Shown: one piece after another, positions 38,601 to 51,330 of the stretch
How positions within the stretch are numbered: position 1 is the first letter of the stretch
Layout: every line of letters starts with the position of its first letter
NCBI RefSeq assembly: GCF_018350175.1
Contig: NC_058368.1
Location: 234,858,001 to 234,922,000 of the forward strand
DNA length: 64,000 bases
Direction of reading: 5' to 3'
Source: Felis catus
Taxonomy: Eukaryota
Program-made: the position numbers and the translations under genes
The notes under the pieces: model-generated
The model's database searches: none
The model's input: the letters and a program-made list of their open reading frames with translations, nothing else
Told to the model about the DNA's origin: nothing

Positions 38601-40659
38601 GACCCCGTTGAGCGCTGGCTGTGTGGTCACCATGCGCCGGGCCTGGGGGAAGGCTGGCCACCTTGCCTCTCCCTGCCCCTCCCTTAGCTGCTGGGGCTCC
38701 AGGCCAATCACCAGACATCCAGGGCCACAGCCTTCTTGCGGGAAGAGCCACACAGTCCTTCCACCTTTGAGCTTCGTGCAAATCCATGTAACAAAATGTA
38801 CTTCTTCCTGGGTCTCTGAGTTCCTCGTCTCCAGCTCTCCTGGCTCAACGTCGGCCACGCTTTCAGAGCGCGGAATTTGTATTCCCACACGCGGGAAACT
38901 GCCGCTGGAAGAACCAAAAAAAAAACAGAGAGAAGACAGGACCGTCTCTTCCGCAGTCAAACGTTACCCCACCGCTCTGCAGACACATCTGCCCACCCAC
39001 AGCTACCCTGTGGTCCCCTGGCCGTCCTCCAGCCTGAGTGCCCTTCCAGATCAGTGTCCCCTCTCACACCTGTGTTACTGACACGTGCTTGTCCACGGTC
39101 TCGGCCAGATGAGTTGTGGGCTGTTTTTAGAACCACAGCGTCTTTGCGGCGGGCCGGGTGTAGATGTGTGTGCCTTGTTGTCAGGCACCGGCCGGTCATG
39201 CGTCTTCCACACCACACCCCGAGACTTACTCTGCAGGATCCCAACACCCCATGAAAGGACATACTATACATTGCAGTAAAAACGTCTTTTCTGTCCGGAT
39301 TAAATGTGTCTACAATCTTGAAGCCGGAGGGAGAGGTGGCGTTTCCCCAAGCCCTTCTCTGTTCCTCCAGGGCACCAGCTACCCAGTGTTTCCAGCCTCC
39401 TCTGCATTTTGGTGTGAGTAGGGGACATAGTCCTGGCCAACAGAGCGCTGGAAAGTGACAGGTACCACTTCCAGGAATGACCCATAAATCTCCATCCCTA
39501 GGTGCCCCAAGAAGGACAGAGCCCCCAGATGGAAGGAAGCTGGGTACCAGCTCGCAGAAGCATCTGATTGGACTTCTGATGACTGAGAATCAACTTGGGT
39601 TAGGCCGCCAAGGGCTTGGGGTCCTTTCAGTTGCTGCGTTAGGGAGGGCCTGCCGGAAACAGATGGCATTCTTCTCTAAGGCGGTCTCCTCCTGGGAAAA
39701 GGCTGGCGTTTCACGACCCCCTAGGAGGTCCCAATTGACCTGCATGTCTACAGCAGCACTGTCTTCCCTTTGCAAATTCCCTACATGAGAGGAAACTCTA
39801 AAACCTACCATCAGCAGGTTTTCCCTTTTCTTGAGTCATTTCTAGCTCTTAATCCTTCTTTTCAAGACCCATTTCTATTAAATGCAGCCATCCTCCCGTG
39901 TTCGCGCATTCTGCGGGCGCAGGCGCTAGGCCGTCCGTAGCGATGGGTAGTCCTACATTGCTGACTCTACCTACTGATTCCCCAGAATAGTGAGCATCTG
40001 TGCGTAGCTGTTAAATAATGCAATTAACAACCTGCCTTATGCCGGGCTCTGTGCTGAGCATCGTGCTACGTACTTGCAATTAAAATTCAAATAAAACGTA
40101 GTCTCTCACCTTCTGGAGTTTGCAGTCAATAGTACACAGCGAGAGGCTGTCGAAATCTTGAAAGTCGTCTCGCCCTGGTTCAGACCTGTCTGTGTTCCTC
40201 TCGGCTGCATAATAAAAGGGAGTTATATACATTCTTAGGGTTCTCAAGAATCCACCAAGAGTGAGCATTTGAGGGGAGAGCAATATGGTCAATTGTTTTG
40301 TAGAATCGAATGACATCAAGTGGGCATACGCCCTGGCACATAGCAGGTGCTCAGTGCAGGGAAAGCACTATTTTCAGTGGTTGGGAAGTAGACAGGTATC
40401 CACTGATGTCTGCTGCGGGAGGATGAGTAGAGGGGGGCAAGTGTCCAGCCTGGAGGTCAGGAACCATCTGGAGAGAAATGGCAGCTGCATCGAGTTTAGG
40501 AGGTAAGTGTGAGTTAGCTGGACGGAGGCACAGGATGAGAAAGGTAGTCCCTTTACAAAGGACAAGGGAAGGACGTGAAATGCCCAGAAGCCACCATGGG
40601 GCTGACCACACCATCCCTGAGAAAGATCTGAGTAGATGTCACCTCCTTCAGCACAGGGA

Positions 40660-40970
40660 GCAAGGGCGGATAAAGGCGGGGCAGGGGACAGGTAGTGATG
40701 CACCGAGCCAACCTGGCCGGGTCGTTAGCGTGTCACAAGGGCGCAGGTGCAGGGGATCCAACCGTAACACCGGTGGCACCTGCCCAGGGCCTGTGGGGGA
40801 GAAGGGTCGCTGCCCCTCACCAAACACGAACCCCAGGCTGCAGGAGGACCCGCCCCACTGGAGGCTGGAGGAAAAGAGGCGGGACACGCGGGCACCAAGG
40901 GGAAGCGCGGAGCAAGCCAGGAGAAGGAAGTCTTGACGCCCCGGAGCACAGGACGCGTTCCTGGCTGGGT
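40660..40970. promoter_or_regulatory. Small CpG-enriched, GC-box-containing segment (possible promoter or enhancer)
   Basis: Roughly 20 CpGs in 300 bp by eye; several GGCGGG/CCGCCC boxes. Confidence 0.25.
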
Positions 40971-42132
40971 TAGTCTGCTTTTCAAATCCAGCAAGAGAAA
41001 ATAAAAGGAAATCTCATGGAAGATTTACATGCTGATGGCTTTGAAGCTCGAGGCCCTTTTCATGCCTGAATTTGTTCCATTTGGCGCCCGGAAGGCCAGA
41101 GATCCTGACTTTCCCTCCCCTTCTGCTTCCTGGCCCAGGACGCCTTCACCCCGCTGCTGCCCTGGGGCCCCTTGAACCTCTGAGCACCTGCAGCTGCGAG
41201 GCTTGGACGCCACGGGGCCTCGTTGTCCTCTTCCTGCAGCCTCTTCCAGGGAGACACCCCTCCCTGCAAAGAGGTACCACACACGTGCTTTGGAGCCTCT
41301 GGCCACAGTTGTTGGAAAGCGGTTTCCAGAAACTATTTTTTTTTTCTCAATTACTTTTTACTTCATGTTTGTTTGTTGTTAGGAAAATACATGCTTGAAA
41401 CGTGACACTGGTTTCCCCGGGCCTCGATCTGCTGCTGCCCCGCTGCCTTCCCCTGGGCCCCGAGATGCACAGTCATGGCCGGAGTGGCGAACATCAACGA
41501 GAAGCACCAAAAAGGTCCAAGCACCTTTCTGGATGCTTCCTTCTGATTACACTCTGTGTGGAAACGGCTCCTGGAGATTCCCCCGAAGACGGACTATGGG
41601 AAACCTTACCTGTTCTCAGATTCATGTCCTTACCGTGCCCTTTAAGGGACCATCCATCCCCTCTGTCCCTCAGACTCCTCTCCCTCTTTTTCTAAGTGCA
41701 GCTAGATATTGTGTAAACGCGGTGACTGCTCTCATCTTGGACACTTGGGGTGAATTGTGCTCCGCTGTGCAGACCTGTGTCCCAGGACCCCAGACTGGAA
41801 GCCTTTTTCTTGAGGAGGGGCTGCCTCCTACCTGTAGTGAGGGCTGACCTTGTCCTCCGCAGCCCCGGGGGACAGGAGGGAAGGAGCAGGAGGCTGGTAT
41901 AATTGGACAGATCACTGGTGGTCTCAGAAGCAGGACCTAAAGCAGTCTGCGGTGACAATAAACTAGGATGGGACCTGTAATGAAGGTAGGAGTAGAGTCC
42001 AATATAAGCGAATGTTTAAATGCATGATCTGATTGCCAAATAGAGACGCGACCAGATAAATAATAACTCGAACAAGAGTAAAATCAATAATAAAAAATAA
42101 AAATAAAACAAATCATTAAAAAATCATTATCA

Positions 42133-42345
42133 GGGCACCTGGGTGGCTTAGTTGGTTGAGTACCCAACTCTTGATTTTTGCTCAGGTTATGATTAATCCC
42201 AGGGTAGTTGGATGCAGCCGCGAATGGGGCTCTGAGTTCATGGAGCCTGCTTGAGATTCTCTCTGTCTCTCTCTCTGTCTCTCTCTGTTTCTCTCTCTGC
42301 CTCTGCCCTTCCCCCACTTACACTCTTTCTTTCTCGCCAAAAAAA
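42133..42345 (+). mobile_element. Can-SINE (older)
   Basis: TSD AAAAAATCAYYATCAG on both sides. Confidence 0.9.
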
Positions 42346-42489
42346 AAAAAATCACCATCAGAATTTACAGCATTCTGAGAACTAACATAATAGAGCAGGC
42401 GTCCCCCCAACACACGCACACGGGAGCTGTGTTGATTTCCCATCGTGGCCGCCAAGGCATCCCCAGCATCAGGGACACGTCCAACCGTG

Positions 42490-42640
42490 GTTAGGGTGGT
42501 GAGCTTTGGAGACATGGTGTTACTCGCCTGCTGTGTGACCTCAGGGAAGCTACCTCATGTCAGTTTCCTGCTGCCAAGTGGGGGTGAACATGGTGTGCAC
42601 TATACAGAGTTGCAAGGATTATTGAGAGAAGGTGCACCAA
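42490..42640 (+). mobile_element. MIR
   Basis: CTGCTGTGTGACCTCAGGGAAG..TCAGTTTCCT core. Confidence 0.55.
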
Positions 42641-44649
42641 GGGGCTGGCGGTGATATGGTGCGGGGGAGGTGGCACGTGCTCAGACCGCGCTTGTCCCTC
42701 CTGACCTGGGCAGGTGCTTTGCTGCTCCGGGTCTCAGGCACCCCGTCTGCATGGAGGACCAGTGTGACGTGAAGATGGTGGACGAGGCATGGGCTTCGGC
42801 ACAGATGGTTCCTTCAGGAACAGTTGTCTCTGGGCAGAGTCACTGACTACGTTCTCGAGCAAGTTCAGCAAACACGTTCCCAGCCCTGCCAGCTCCCCAT
42901 GTGAATCCTTCCCCAAGATGTCCCCTCTGACACCGCGGACAAGGCCTAGAGTCAGGACAAGGCCAAATGGCAAAGTCCACAGTTTCACGGTCTCAGGTGT
43001 GCCCTTATTTCTTCTCTCACCTTTCGTGGATGTTTTGGAAAATTGCTGGAGCCCCTTGAGGCGCCCATGATGTCCCGGAGAGACGTCATGCTTCTCTGTT
43101 CCAGGTCCCAGGTGGGATCAGAGCACATGCGACCTGCATTTCCCTTCGGTGTCTTTGCCGTCCTGGGATGATTGCTCGCACACAGCCTACTGCATGTGGT
43201 TGGCTCCCCTCCCTGTCAAACAGCCTTAGCCACTTAGTGAGCTGGTCTGGGGGCTCCAGCCCACAGGACCAGGATGAAACAGGGCATAAGGGTTTTCTGT
43301 CCGTGATCTTCTTCTCTTTGGTCACCCTGTTTTCCTCGCTTGGAGATCATTCTGTGCCCCAAGCCCCCGTCCTTGTAGGATTGAGATTCTTCCCCCTGTG
43401 TTAACCTGTTTTGGCCGGTGTTTGGATTCTCAGGGGCCTGCTGTGATGGATTCTTAAGATAAATATGGAGCCTGTTGGGTCCTGGGAGCTTGCAGCCGAT
43501 GGGTCTTCCTCTCCCCAAAAGGAAACACATTGCATATCCACACGTACAATTGCAGTTCTAAACAGAAAAGTACTGGACTGAATGACCAGATATTAAAAAA
43601 AACAAACCTCTCAGAACGTAGCCCACCTTATAAATGGCACCGCGTCCTTCTATGAAGCCGAGGCATTCCAAGAATATTTCCACCTTCCAACCGCAGAGAA
43701 TCTGCCTTCTTGCCTTCTGGATCACACATCACTTCTGGATCGTGGCAACAGAAAAGCATTTCCAGCTTTTGCGCCTCATTTGACAAGTCATTCCGTCACC
43801 CCCTCATCCCTCACTCTGGTAAAACGACTTTTCAGAAAACACAAAGGAATCTAGAGCTTTACTTTTTGTTGAAACAATAGTCGGGTCTCCTGGCTGTCCG
43901 TCAATGTCATCCCACATGGGACGCAGAGCTCGAAGCCACTTGGACCGCATCACAGCAAAGCGGGTTAAGGATCACTCAGGGAGGGAGTAGACCCCGCTCT
44001 ACTCGCTACAAGCTCTAAGTAGACCGTGGAGGCCGCACTCAGCTAAGGGTTAGGAAGGGCCCAGGGAAGACTGAGTCCGTGAGGCTGATGTGCCAGGGTA
44101 AGGCTGAGCTATCCGATAGTTGCAAAAGCCACCCGCCTAAAGGCCGGGGTCACACTTCCAGTATGCAGGAAGTCCCCTGCCACAGGGTGGCAAGAAACAA
44201 GTTGTTCCTTACTGGGTGGAAGGTGGTAAATATGGGAGCACCTTGGTGTGCCTGTGCCCACGTCATGTGGAGGGGACCATGCTGGGCGGTGAAACTCAAG
44301 AACTGTCTCTTGCTTTTGACTTTGTGGCGTGACCTTGTGCACATGATTGAATTTCTCCGTGGTTTCACTCCAGTTGCTGAACCCTACCTCGTTGCCCATT
44401 GAAGAGCTCTGGCCCAGGGCAACCGGGGGTCAGCTTCAGCTGTGACACTGGCCACACACTGTTGTCTTCAAGTGTGATTCAAGACTCGTTAGGTCTGGGT
44501 CAACCTGACACCCGCCCCATCAGCGATCCTGGTTTGTAGAATAATCCCAAGTCGAGTTTCCCCATCGTTGTTGGTCCTTCTGATTGTTTATCTCCATTTC
44601 CTTCAGTTTGTGTGGAAACTCTGTTCTTCAACTGAGACGCTCAGATGAA

Positions 44650-44830
44650 TGAGGAGAACAGGGCTCGGAGTCAGACCCCGGGGCTGGCGTTCTTTGATTT
44701 CCAGTTAACCATTCCGCAATCTGTAAATACATAGCGTGTATGATAATATTTGCCTTACAGTATCGTGTTGGAAAGTATGGTGGTGTTTGTTAAAACAGTT
44801 CACAAGCTCACGGTGACTCAGTACTACCGT
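44650..44830 (+). mobile_element. MIR relic
   Basis: GGCTCGGAGTCAGAC start and ATCTGTAAA core-like motif. Confidence 0.45.
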
Positions 44831-45213
44831 CAATTGATATTCCTGTTTTATCTTTCACTTGACTTTCACCCTTTTGCAAACAACCCTTCCCCGAAGGCAA
44901 ACAAAGAGCCATCCGTTTTTATGATTGTAGAATTCCTTACAAAGGAAACATAACCTTGTACAGAGTGTTCGACGAAGGCATGTTTTAATTTCGCCATTGG
45001 ATTTTGATTAAGCGCTAGCGGTCATGGCCACCTCCCTAAGTCCACCTTTATTTTTGTAATGTATCTAATGAGAAGAGAGCATTGCGTCATCTGATGGCTT
45101 TCCTCTTTCATTCTTCATTTTAATAGGCAGTAACGCATGCTAATATGTAGCAGAATTATAACGCATAGGGCTTGTATATTAAAAATTACTGTACGTGAAG
45201 TTATTTATGTACT

Positions 45214-45843
45214 TGTGACAGTTAATTTTATGTGTCAGCTTCCCTGGAATATGGGACACCCAAGTATTTGTCAAACATTATTCTAGAAGTGTCTGTGAGG
45301 GTGTTGTGGGTGAGATTAACATTTAAATCATTGAACTTTGAGTAAAGCAAGTTGCCCTCCATCATGTGGGTGGGCTTTGTCTGATTAGTTGAAGGCCTGA
45401 ATAGAAGGAAAAGATTGGCCTCCCCTAAGACCTTGCTGTTGAATATATTTGAGCCGAAAGAGTGAATTCTCCAGCAGATGGCTTCTGGACTTCATCTGCA
45501 ATGCTGGCCTTCCCTTCGGAAGGCAGACTGCCTTTGGACTAGAGCTGAAACTTTGGCTCTCCTGTCTCCAGCCTATAAGCCTTTGAGCTGGAACTATGGT
45601 ATCAGCTTTCCTGGGTCTCCAGCCTCCTGGCCCATTCTGAGATTTTTGGATTTGCTAGTCTCCATAATTCCATCAGCCAAGCCCTTATAATAAACAAACT
45701 AATTAATTATATTATTTATATATTATATATATTAAATACATGTTATGTATAGCCTTGTACATTATTTGTATGTAACATATATTATACACACATATACACA
45801 AATCTTATTGGTGATGTTTCTCTGGAGACCACTGACTATCTCA
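45214..45843 (+). mobile_element. MLT2 (ERVL) solo LTR with internal AT-rich expansion
   Basis: TGTGACAGTTAATTTTATGTGTCA start, GTCTGTGAGGGTGTT, GTTGAAGGCCTGAATAGAA, TGTTTCTCTGGAG..CTGACTA end. Confidence 0.9.
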
Positions 45844-46155
45844 GAACCCATAACTCAGGGGAATCAAAAAATCACAAAACACGATTTATTCTTAGCCATC
45901 AGTAATTTCCGTGTGCCTCACCCCCTGTGTTATTCAGGAGCTTTACAAAATGCAGTGCTGGGGCTGGTGCAGTGAAAACTCTCCATAGAGCAGTGCAGTG
46001 AGATATGCATGCAGAATTATGAACCGAATGACACTTTGGTGTATTTCTAAGGTCAGTGAGTGCATAAAAAATAGATGAGTGAGATGAGTGAGAATGCTGA
46101 TTTTATCGATTTCAATTTCACTACGTGTTTTCCGTGAAGAATATCATGCATTCAT

Positions 46156-46639
46156 GCATAGGGGCACTTGTACCCCAATGTTTATAGCAGCACTTTCAAC
46201 AATAGCCAAATTATGGAAAGAGCCTAAATGTCCATCAACTGACAGATGGATAAAGAAGTTGTGGTTTATATACACAATGGAATACTACCTGGCAATGAGA
46301 CAGAATGAAATATGGCCTTTGGTAGCAACATGGATGGAACCGGAGGGTATTATGCTAAATGAAATAAGTCAGTCAGAGAAAGACAGGTACCATATGTTTT
46401 CACTCTAATGTGGATCCTGAGAAACTTAACAGAAGACCATGGGGGAGGAGAAGGAAAAAAAAGTTAGAGAAGGAGGGAGCCAAACCATAAGAGACTCTTA
46501 AAAATGAGAATAAATGAGGGTTGATGGAGAATGGAGGGGGGGAGGGTGGGTAATGGGTATTGAGGAGGGCACCTGTTGAGATGAACACTGGGTGTTGTGT
46601 GCAAACCAATTTGACAATAAATTTCATATTAAAAAAAAA
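46156..46639 (+). mobile_element. 5'-truncated felid/carnivore L1
   Basis: Open ORF2p C-terminus TCTPMFIAALSTIAKLWKEPKCPS..WIKKLW; polyA; perfect TSD AAGAATATCATGCATTCAT at 46137-46155 and 46640-46658. Confidence 0.95.
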
Positions 46640-47099
46640 AAGAATATCATGCATTCATAAAAGGAAGTTAATGTTGCATTTTGGCTTCTAACCATCTAAA
46701 GCAATCAGTTTTGTAGACATTTAAAACAAACAAAATAAAGAAAAACAGTCTTGTTTTGGATGTTTCCAGAGGCTCCTGACAGATTGGCTTGAACGAGGAT
46801 TATAGGTTCAGTGACAAAATTCTGATCCAGGCTATCAAACTGGTGTGATCGAAACAATGAGGCAATATATAAATATTATATGTCTTCACATATATACATG
46901 TGGGTGTATGTGACTTTTACATAAATATCTCCTGTATATAGGGAACAAACACGCCTCACTACAGACGTCTACCTCAGGGTGGGACGTGTCTGACTCCACA
47001 TGGAATCTTCAATAGCTTGTACAGAGGAGATGCCTAGAAACAATTTTTTGAGAAGAGTGTCCATGCATTCCCCGTGTTTTTCAAATTTTTAAAAAATTC

Positions 47100-47514
47100 T
47101 TTTTTTTTAAAGTTTATTTATTTCGAGAGAGCTCAAGAGTGCGTGTGAGCAGGGGAGAATCAGAAAGAGAGGGAGAGAGAGAATCCTAAGCAGGGTCCTT
47201 GCTGTTAGTGCAGACCCCAACACAGGACTCCATCCCATGAACCGTGACATCATGACCTGAGCCAGTCGGTGGCTCAGTCGGTTAAGCGTCCAGCTTCAGC
47301 TCAGGTCATGATCTCACTGTCTGTGGGTTCGAGTCCCGCATCAGGCTCTGTGCTGACAGCTCGGAGCCTGGAGCCTATTACGGATTCTGTGTCTCCCTTT
47401 CTCTCTGCCCCTCCTCCGCGCTCTCTCTCTCTCTCTCTCTCTCTAAAAAATGAATAAACCTTAAAAAAAAAAAAGAGCTGGATGTTTAACCGACTGAGCC
47501 ACCCAGCCGCCCCC
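47100..47514 (-). mobile_element. Can-SINE split by a nested opposite-strand SINE
   Basis: Body stops near 47267 after GACCTGAGCC and resumes near 47473 at AAGAGCTGGATGTTTAACCG. Confidence 0.88.
47268..47472 (+). mobile_element. Nested, slightly 5'-truncated Can-SINE
   Basis: GGTGGCTCAGTCGGTTAAG head, (CT)n, A tail. Confidence 0.9.
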
Positions 47515-47601
47515 AATTTTTTACCTTACTTATTAGGAAACAAAAATATTTGAAGTGTGTATTGTAAAAATACGCTAACGTGTTATAAAACCTATTTTGA
47601 A

Positions 47602-47805
47602 TTTTTTTTAATGTTTATTTTTGAGAGACAAAGAGGCAGTGTGTGACCGGGGGAGGGGCAGAGAGAGGGAGACACAGAATCTGAAGCAGCTCCAGGCTCT
47701 GAGCTGTCAGCACAGAGCCCCACGTGAGGACTGAACTCGTGAGCCGTGAGATGGCGACCTGAGCCGAAGTCGGACACTCAAGCGACTGAGCCACCGAGGA
47801 ACCCC
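47602..47805 (-). mobile_element. Can-SINE
   Basis: Reverse body; decayed TSD (CTATTTTG near both sides). Confidence 0.9.
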
Positions 47806-48557
47806 ATATATAATCTATTTTGGATTTGCTTAGGACAGCTGTATTTAGTAAGGAAAACAGATTCACTCTGAGGAGGAGTCCTTGACCCCACGCGGTGCAC
47901 CTGACTCTGGCCGGCTGCACAACCAAAGAAAATGAAGCAGAAGGCAGAAAGCTGGGTACGTCCAGCTCCAGGAATGGGGAGCCACCTCCTAAATGCTGCC
48001 TTTGAGATGAGGAGCCGTGTCTGAAGCTGGAGTCCCCGCAGGGCAAGGGTGGAGCCGGACTGGTGCAGCCCCGACTGGGCCAGTTCCCTTGCCCCGGGAC
48101 AGACAAACCCGCATCATATGACACCTTTAGAAGGGGTCCTGGTGATCCAAAGGCTTGAAGGGAGAGAAAGCGATTGCATTCATTGCCAAGTCCATTTCTT
48201 CTCCATTAATGTAAACGGATAGCCAGTTACTGCTGGGGACCATCCAGAGAACTTGCCAAGGCCATAGCTGTTTGGGGGCTCGTCCTCCACGCTGCCTCAA
48301 TTGCCCAGTCACAGACAATGGGTCCGTTTACACACAAAAAGTCTTGTCTATACGACAAGAGCGTTACGTTTACAGATCGAGTTGGGGGAAACTGCTGTTT
48401 TTCTGATATTGAATTTTCTAATGCATTAATCTGATATATCTCTCTACTTATTTCTATCACACTAGGTAGCTAGCTAATACGTTATGTTGGGTTTTTCACA
48501 TATGTTTATGAGACAATTGATCTGTAATGTTCCTTTCTTGAAATACCCTTTTTAGGA

Positions 48558-48772
48558 TTTTTTTTAATGTTTATTTCTTTTTGAGAGAGAGAGAGAGACA
48601 GAGGACGAGCTGAGGAGGGGCAGAGAGAGAGAGGGAGACACAGAATCAGAAGCAGGCTCCAGGCTCTGAACTGTCAGCACAGAGCCCGATGCGGGGCTCG
48701 AACTCACGAACCGCGAGATCGTGACCTGAACCAAAGTTGGACGCTTGACCGACTGAACCACCCAGGTGCCCC
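48558..48772 (-). mobile_element. Can-SINE within old L1-like sequence
   Basis: Reverse body ending CCCAGGTGCCCC. Confidence 0.92.
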
Positions 48773-48914
48773 TATCCTTGTCAGATTTTATTACCAAGTT
48801 TAGGCTAGCCTTCTACATTAATTGGATATTGTTTTCTCTTTTCTTCTTCTCTGGAAGATGTTGTGCAAAGTTGGTGCCATTACATTTTATTTATTTATTT
48901 TAAATTCTATGCTA

Positions 48915-49203
48915 TTTTTTAAAAAAATTTACTTATTTAAATTTAAGTCGGTTAACATGCAGTGTAGTATTGGTTTCAGGAGCAGAACCCAGTGATTCGT
49001 CACTCACATACAACACCCAGTGCTCATCCCAACAAGTGTCCTCCTTAATGCCCATCCCCCACCTAGCCCACCCCCCCCACCTCCCCTCTAGCAACCCTCA
49101 ATTTGTTCTCAGTATTTAAGAGTTGATTATGCTTGCCTCCCTCTTTGTTTTTATCTTATTCTTCCTTCCCTTCCTCTGTGTTCATCTGCTATGTTCCTGA
49201 AAT
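48915..49203 (-). mobile_element. Carnivore L1 3' UTR fragment
   Basis: ATACAACACCCAGTGCTCATCCCAACAAGTG..CTCCTTAATGCCC; homologous to the reverse complement of the 46156 and 61864 L1 tails. Confidence 0.88.
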
Positions 49204-50497
49204 GCTTTTAGAATATAACCGAGGAAGTCAGCTGGGCCGAGAGTTCTTTTAGAGGGGATTTTAATTATGGATTAAAAGATAGAGGACTATTCTTATTTCT
49301 GTTTCTTCTTATGTTATTTCTTATAAATTGTGTGTTTTAAAAAAATTCGTACCAATGTATTTGAAAAATTTATATTAAATGGACAAAACTATTACTATAA
49401 TATTCTGTTTTTCTTCGACCTTGAGATATGCCAAGTTTTTCTTTCTTGATCCTGGTTTGCTCTCTGGAAACTTTGACAGTGTTGGTCTGCTCTGTTTTCC
49501 ACTTGCTCCTTGGCCACCCCATTTCAGAGATCCTGGCTGGATATCTGTGCCCTTTAGCAAGGACACCCCTCCTTGACAAGTTCCCAGTCCGATGTGGGTC
49601 TTTCTCAGCCTTGGAAGCCACCTAAAGCTACGCCCACTTTGAGTCGTCCTCCGCTCTTTCCCACCACTTGGCTTTTCTGTTCCTTGGGTTCAAATCACCG
49701 GGCCACTTTCACTAGTCAGCAAATGTCTTGAGGCAAAACACTGTCCTCAGTGTTGGGGTTACTCCTGTGTTTCCCTGCTTTCTCTGATCTCGCCTTTTGA
49801 TGTCCTCAAAGTCTAGGAAGCTCTCCACCCTCTTTTAGGAGACTTCAAAGTATCCTCAGTTTATTAATGGAAATGAGGAAGAATCTTTAAATGATTCAGC
49901 TGTCTCCTGCTATATAGGTTCTGGGTCATTGCAGTATCTTATCGTCATTGAAATCGGTCTGTAATATCACCATTATGCCATTTTCCCATTCTCAAAGGGT
50001 GAAGAAAGAAATATGTCTAGCCCACCATCGAGGAATTCAGGGCAAACTGATGTTTTTATTTGTTTCAGATCTATGCGTTTAGTGGAGTTTATGAATAAAT
50101 AGTGATGAGGATGAATTTGGAAGAAAGTTGGGAGGGGCAGAGTAAAAAGATTATATTCACTAAGAAAAGTCTGTGATTTGGAGCCCGGAGATGGGGTTTT
50201 GGTTTATGGATAAAGTCTACGTCTGTTGGGAGAATTTTTCCCTCTAATTTCTACTTGGCTGTGTTAGTAATCTAAAAAGTATTTTGATCATTATGAAAGC
50301 AAAAAAGAGGGAGGCGTAACAGGAGGCAAATTGCTTTATTCACCCAATCCCACAGCACTTACTATGCTCACAATGATAATTATTCACGTTTTTCTGTGTT
50401 TTTCATGTTCCAAAGTGGCAATTTACTTTCCTGGCAAGATGAGTGTTTTGGTTCGTGGAAATGGTACTGTAGCATGGGAATAAAAAAGAGCTACCAA

Positions 50498-50723
50498 GGG
50501 GCGCCTGGGTGGCGCAGTCGGTTGAGCGTCCGACTTCAGCCAGGTCACGATCTCGCGGTCCGTGAGTTCGAGGCCCGCGTCAGGCTCTGGGCTGATGGCT
50601 CAGAGCCTGGAGCCTGTTTCCGATTCTGTGTCTCCCTCTCTCTCTGCCCCTCCCCCGTTCATGCTCTGTCTCTCTCTGTCCCAAGAATAAATCAAAAAAA
50701 CGTTGAAAAAAAAAATTAAAAAA
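50498..50723 (+). mobile_element. Young felid Can-SINE (SINEC_Fc type)
   Basis: Perfect TSD AAAAAAGAGCTACCAA at 50482-50497 and 50724-50739. Confidence 0.95.
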
Positions 50724-50889
50724 AAAAAAGAGCTACCAATCCTGGGCTTCGAGAACCTAACGTGAAGACCACCTCTCACGTGGGTGACAAGGTTTTTAAA
50801 GAGACTTCCGTGTTGAGGGAGCAGGCTGGTGAACCACCAATGGACCACGAAGCAGACTGTTCAGAGCAAGTTGTATTGAGTGGGAATTC

Positions 50890-51330
50890 GAAGGGCTTTC
50901 TCAACTCCTGGTCATTCCACTCCTGCTCCAAATAGGCTTCTCTCCCAACCTTTCCATGATTTAAGATCAACCGTGATCTCCACGTCACAAACTCCGCCCG
51001 TGTTGTCTGACTTCTGCAGCACCGGGAACGAGTGACCAGTATCTCCTTCTCAGACACACGCTCCTTGTTCACATCTTTCCTCAATGGCAGCTCCTTTGCA
51101 GTCTTTTGTTGTTTTTGTTGGCTTTTCCTCCCCTCCCAGGTTTGTAAATGTCTAAACGCCTCTGGAGTTAGCCCTCAACCCTCTGATCTTGTCTCTGCAA
51201 TTCTCACCTAAATGAGTTCATCCATCTTAGTGACTTTAAATATCACCAACTGTCATTCACTCCCGGGTTTGTGAGTCCTGTCAGGACCATGCATCTGAGC
51301 TCCAGACTCCTCATCTGGCTGGAGCTATAA
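50890..51330 (+). mobile_element. L2 relic
   Basis: Pyrimidine-rich; L2-like AAGATCAACCGTGATCTCCACGT and GACTTTAAATATCACC motifs. Confidence 0.5.

Noticed and set aside
38464..39081. 205-aa plus-strand ORF and other overlapping ORFs in GC-rich segments
   Set aside because: ORFs overlap on both strands as expected from GC content; Cys/Pro/Ser-rich with no homology I recognise.
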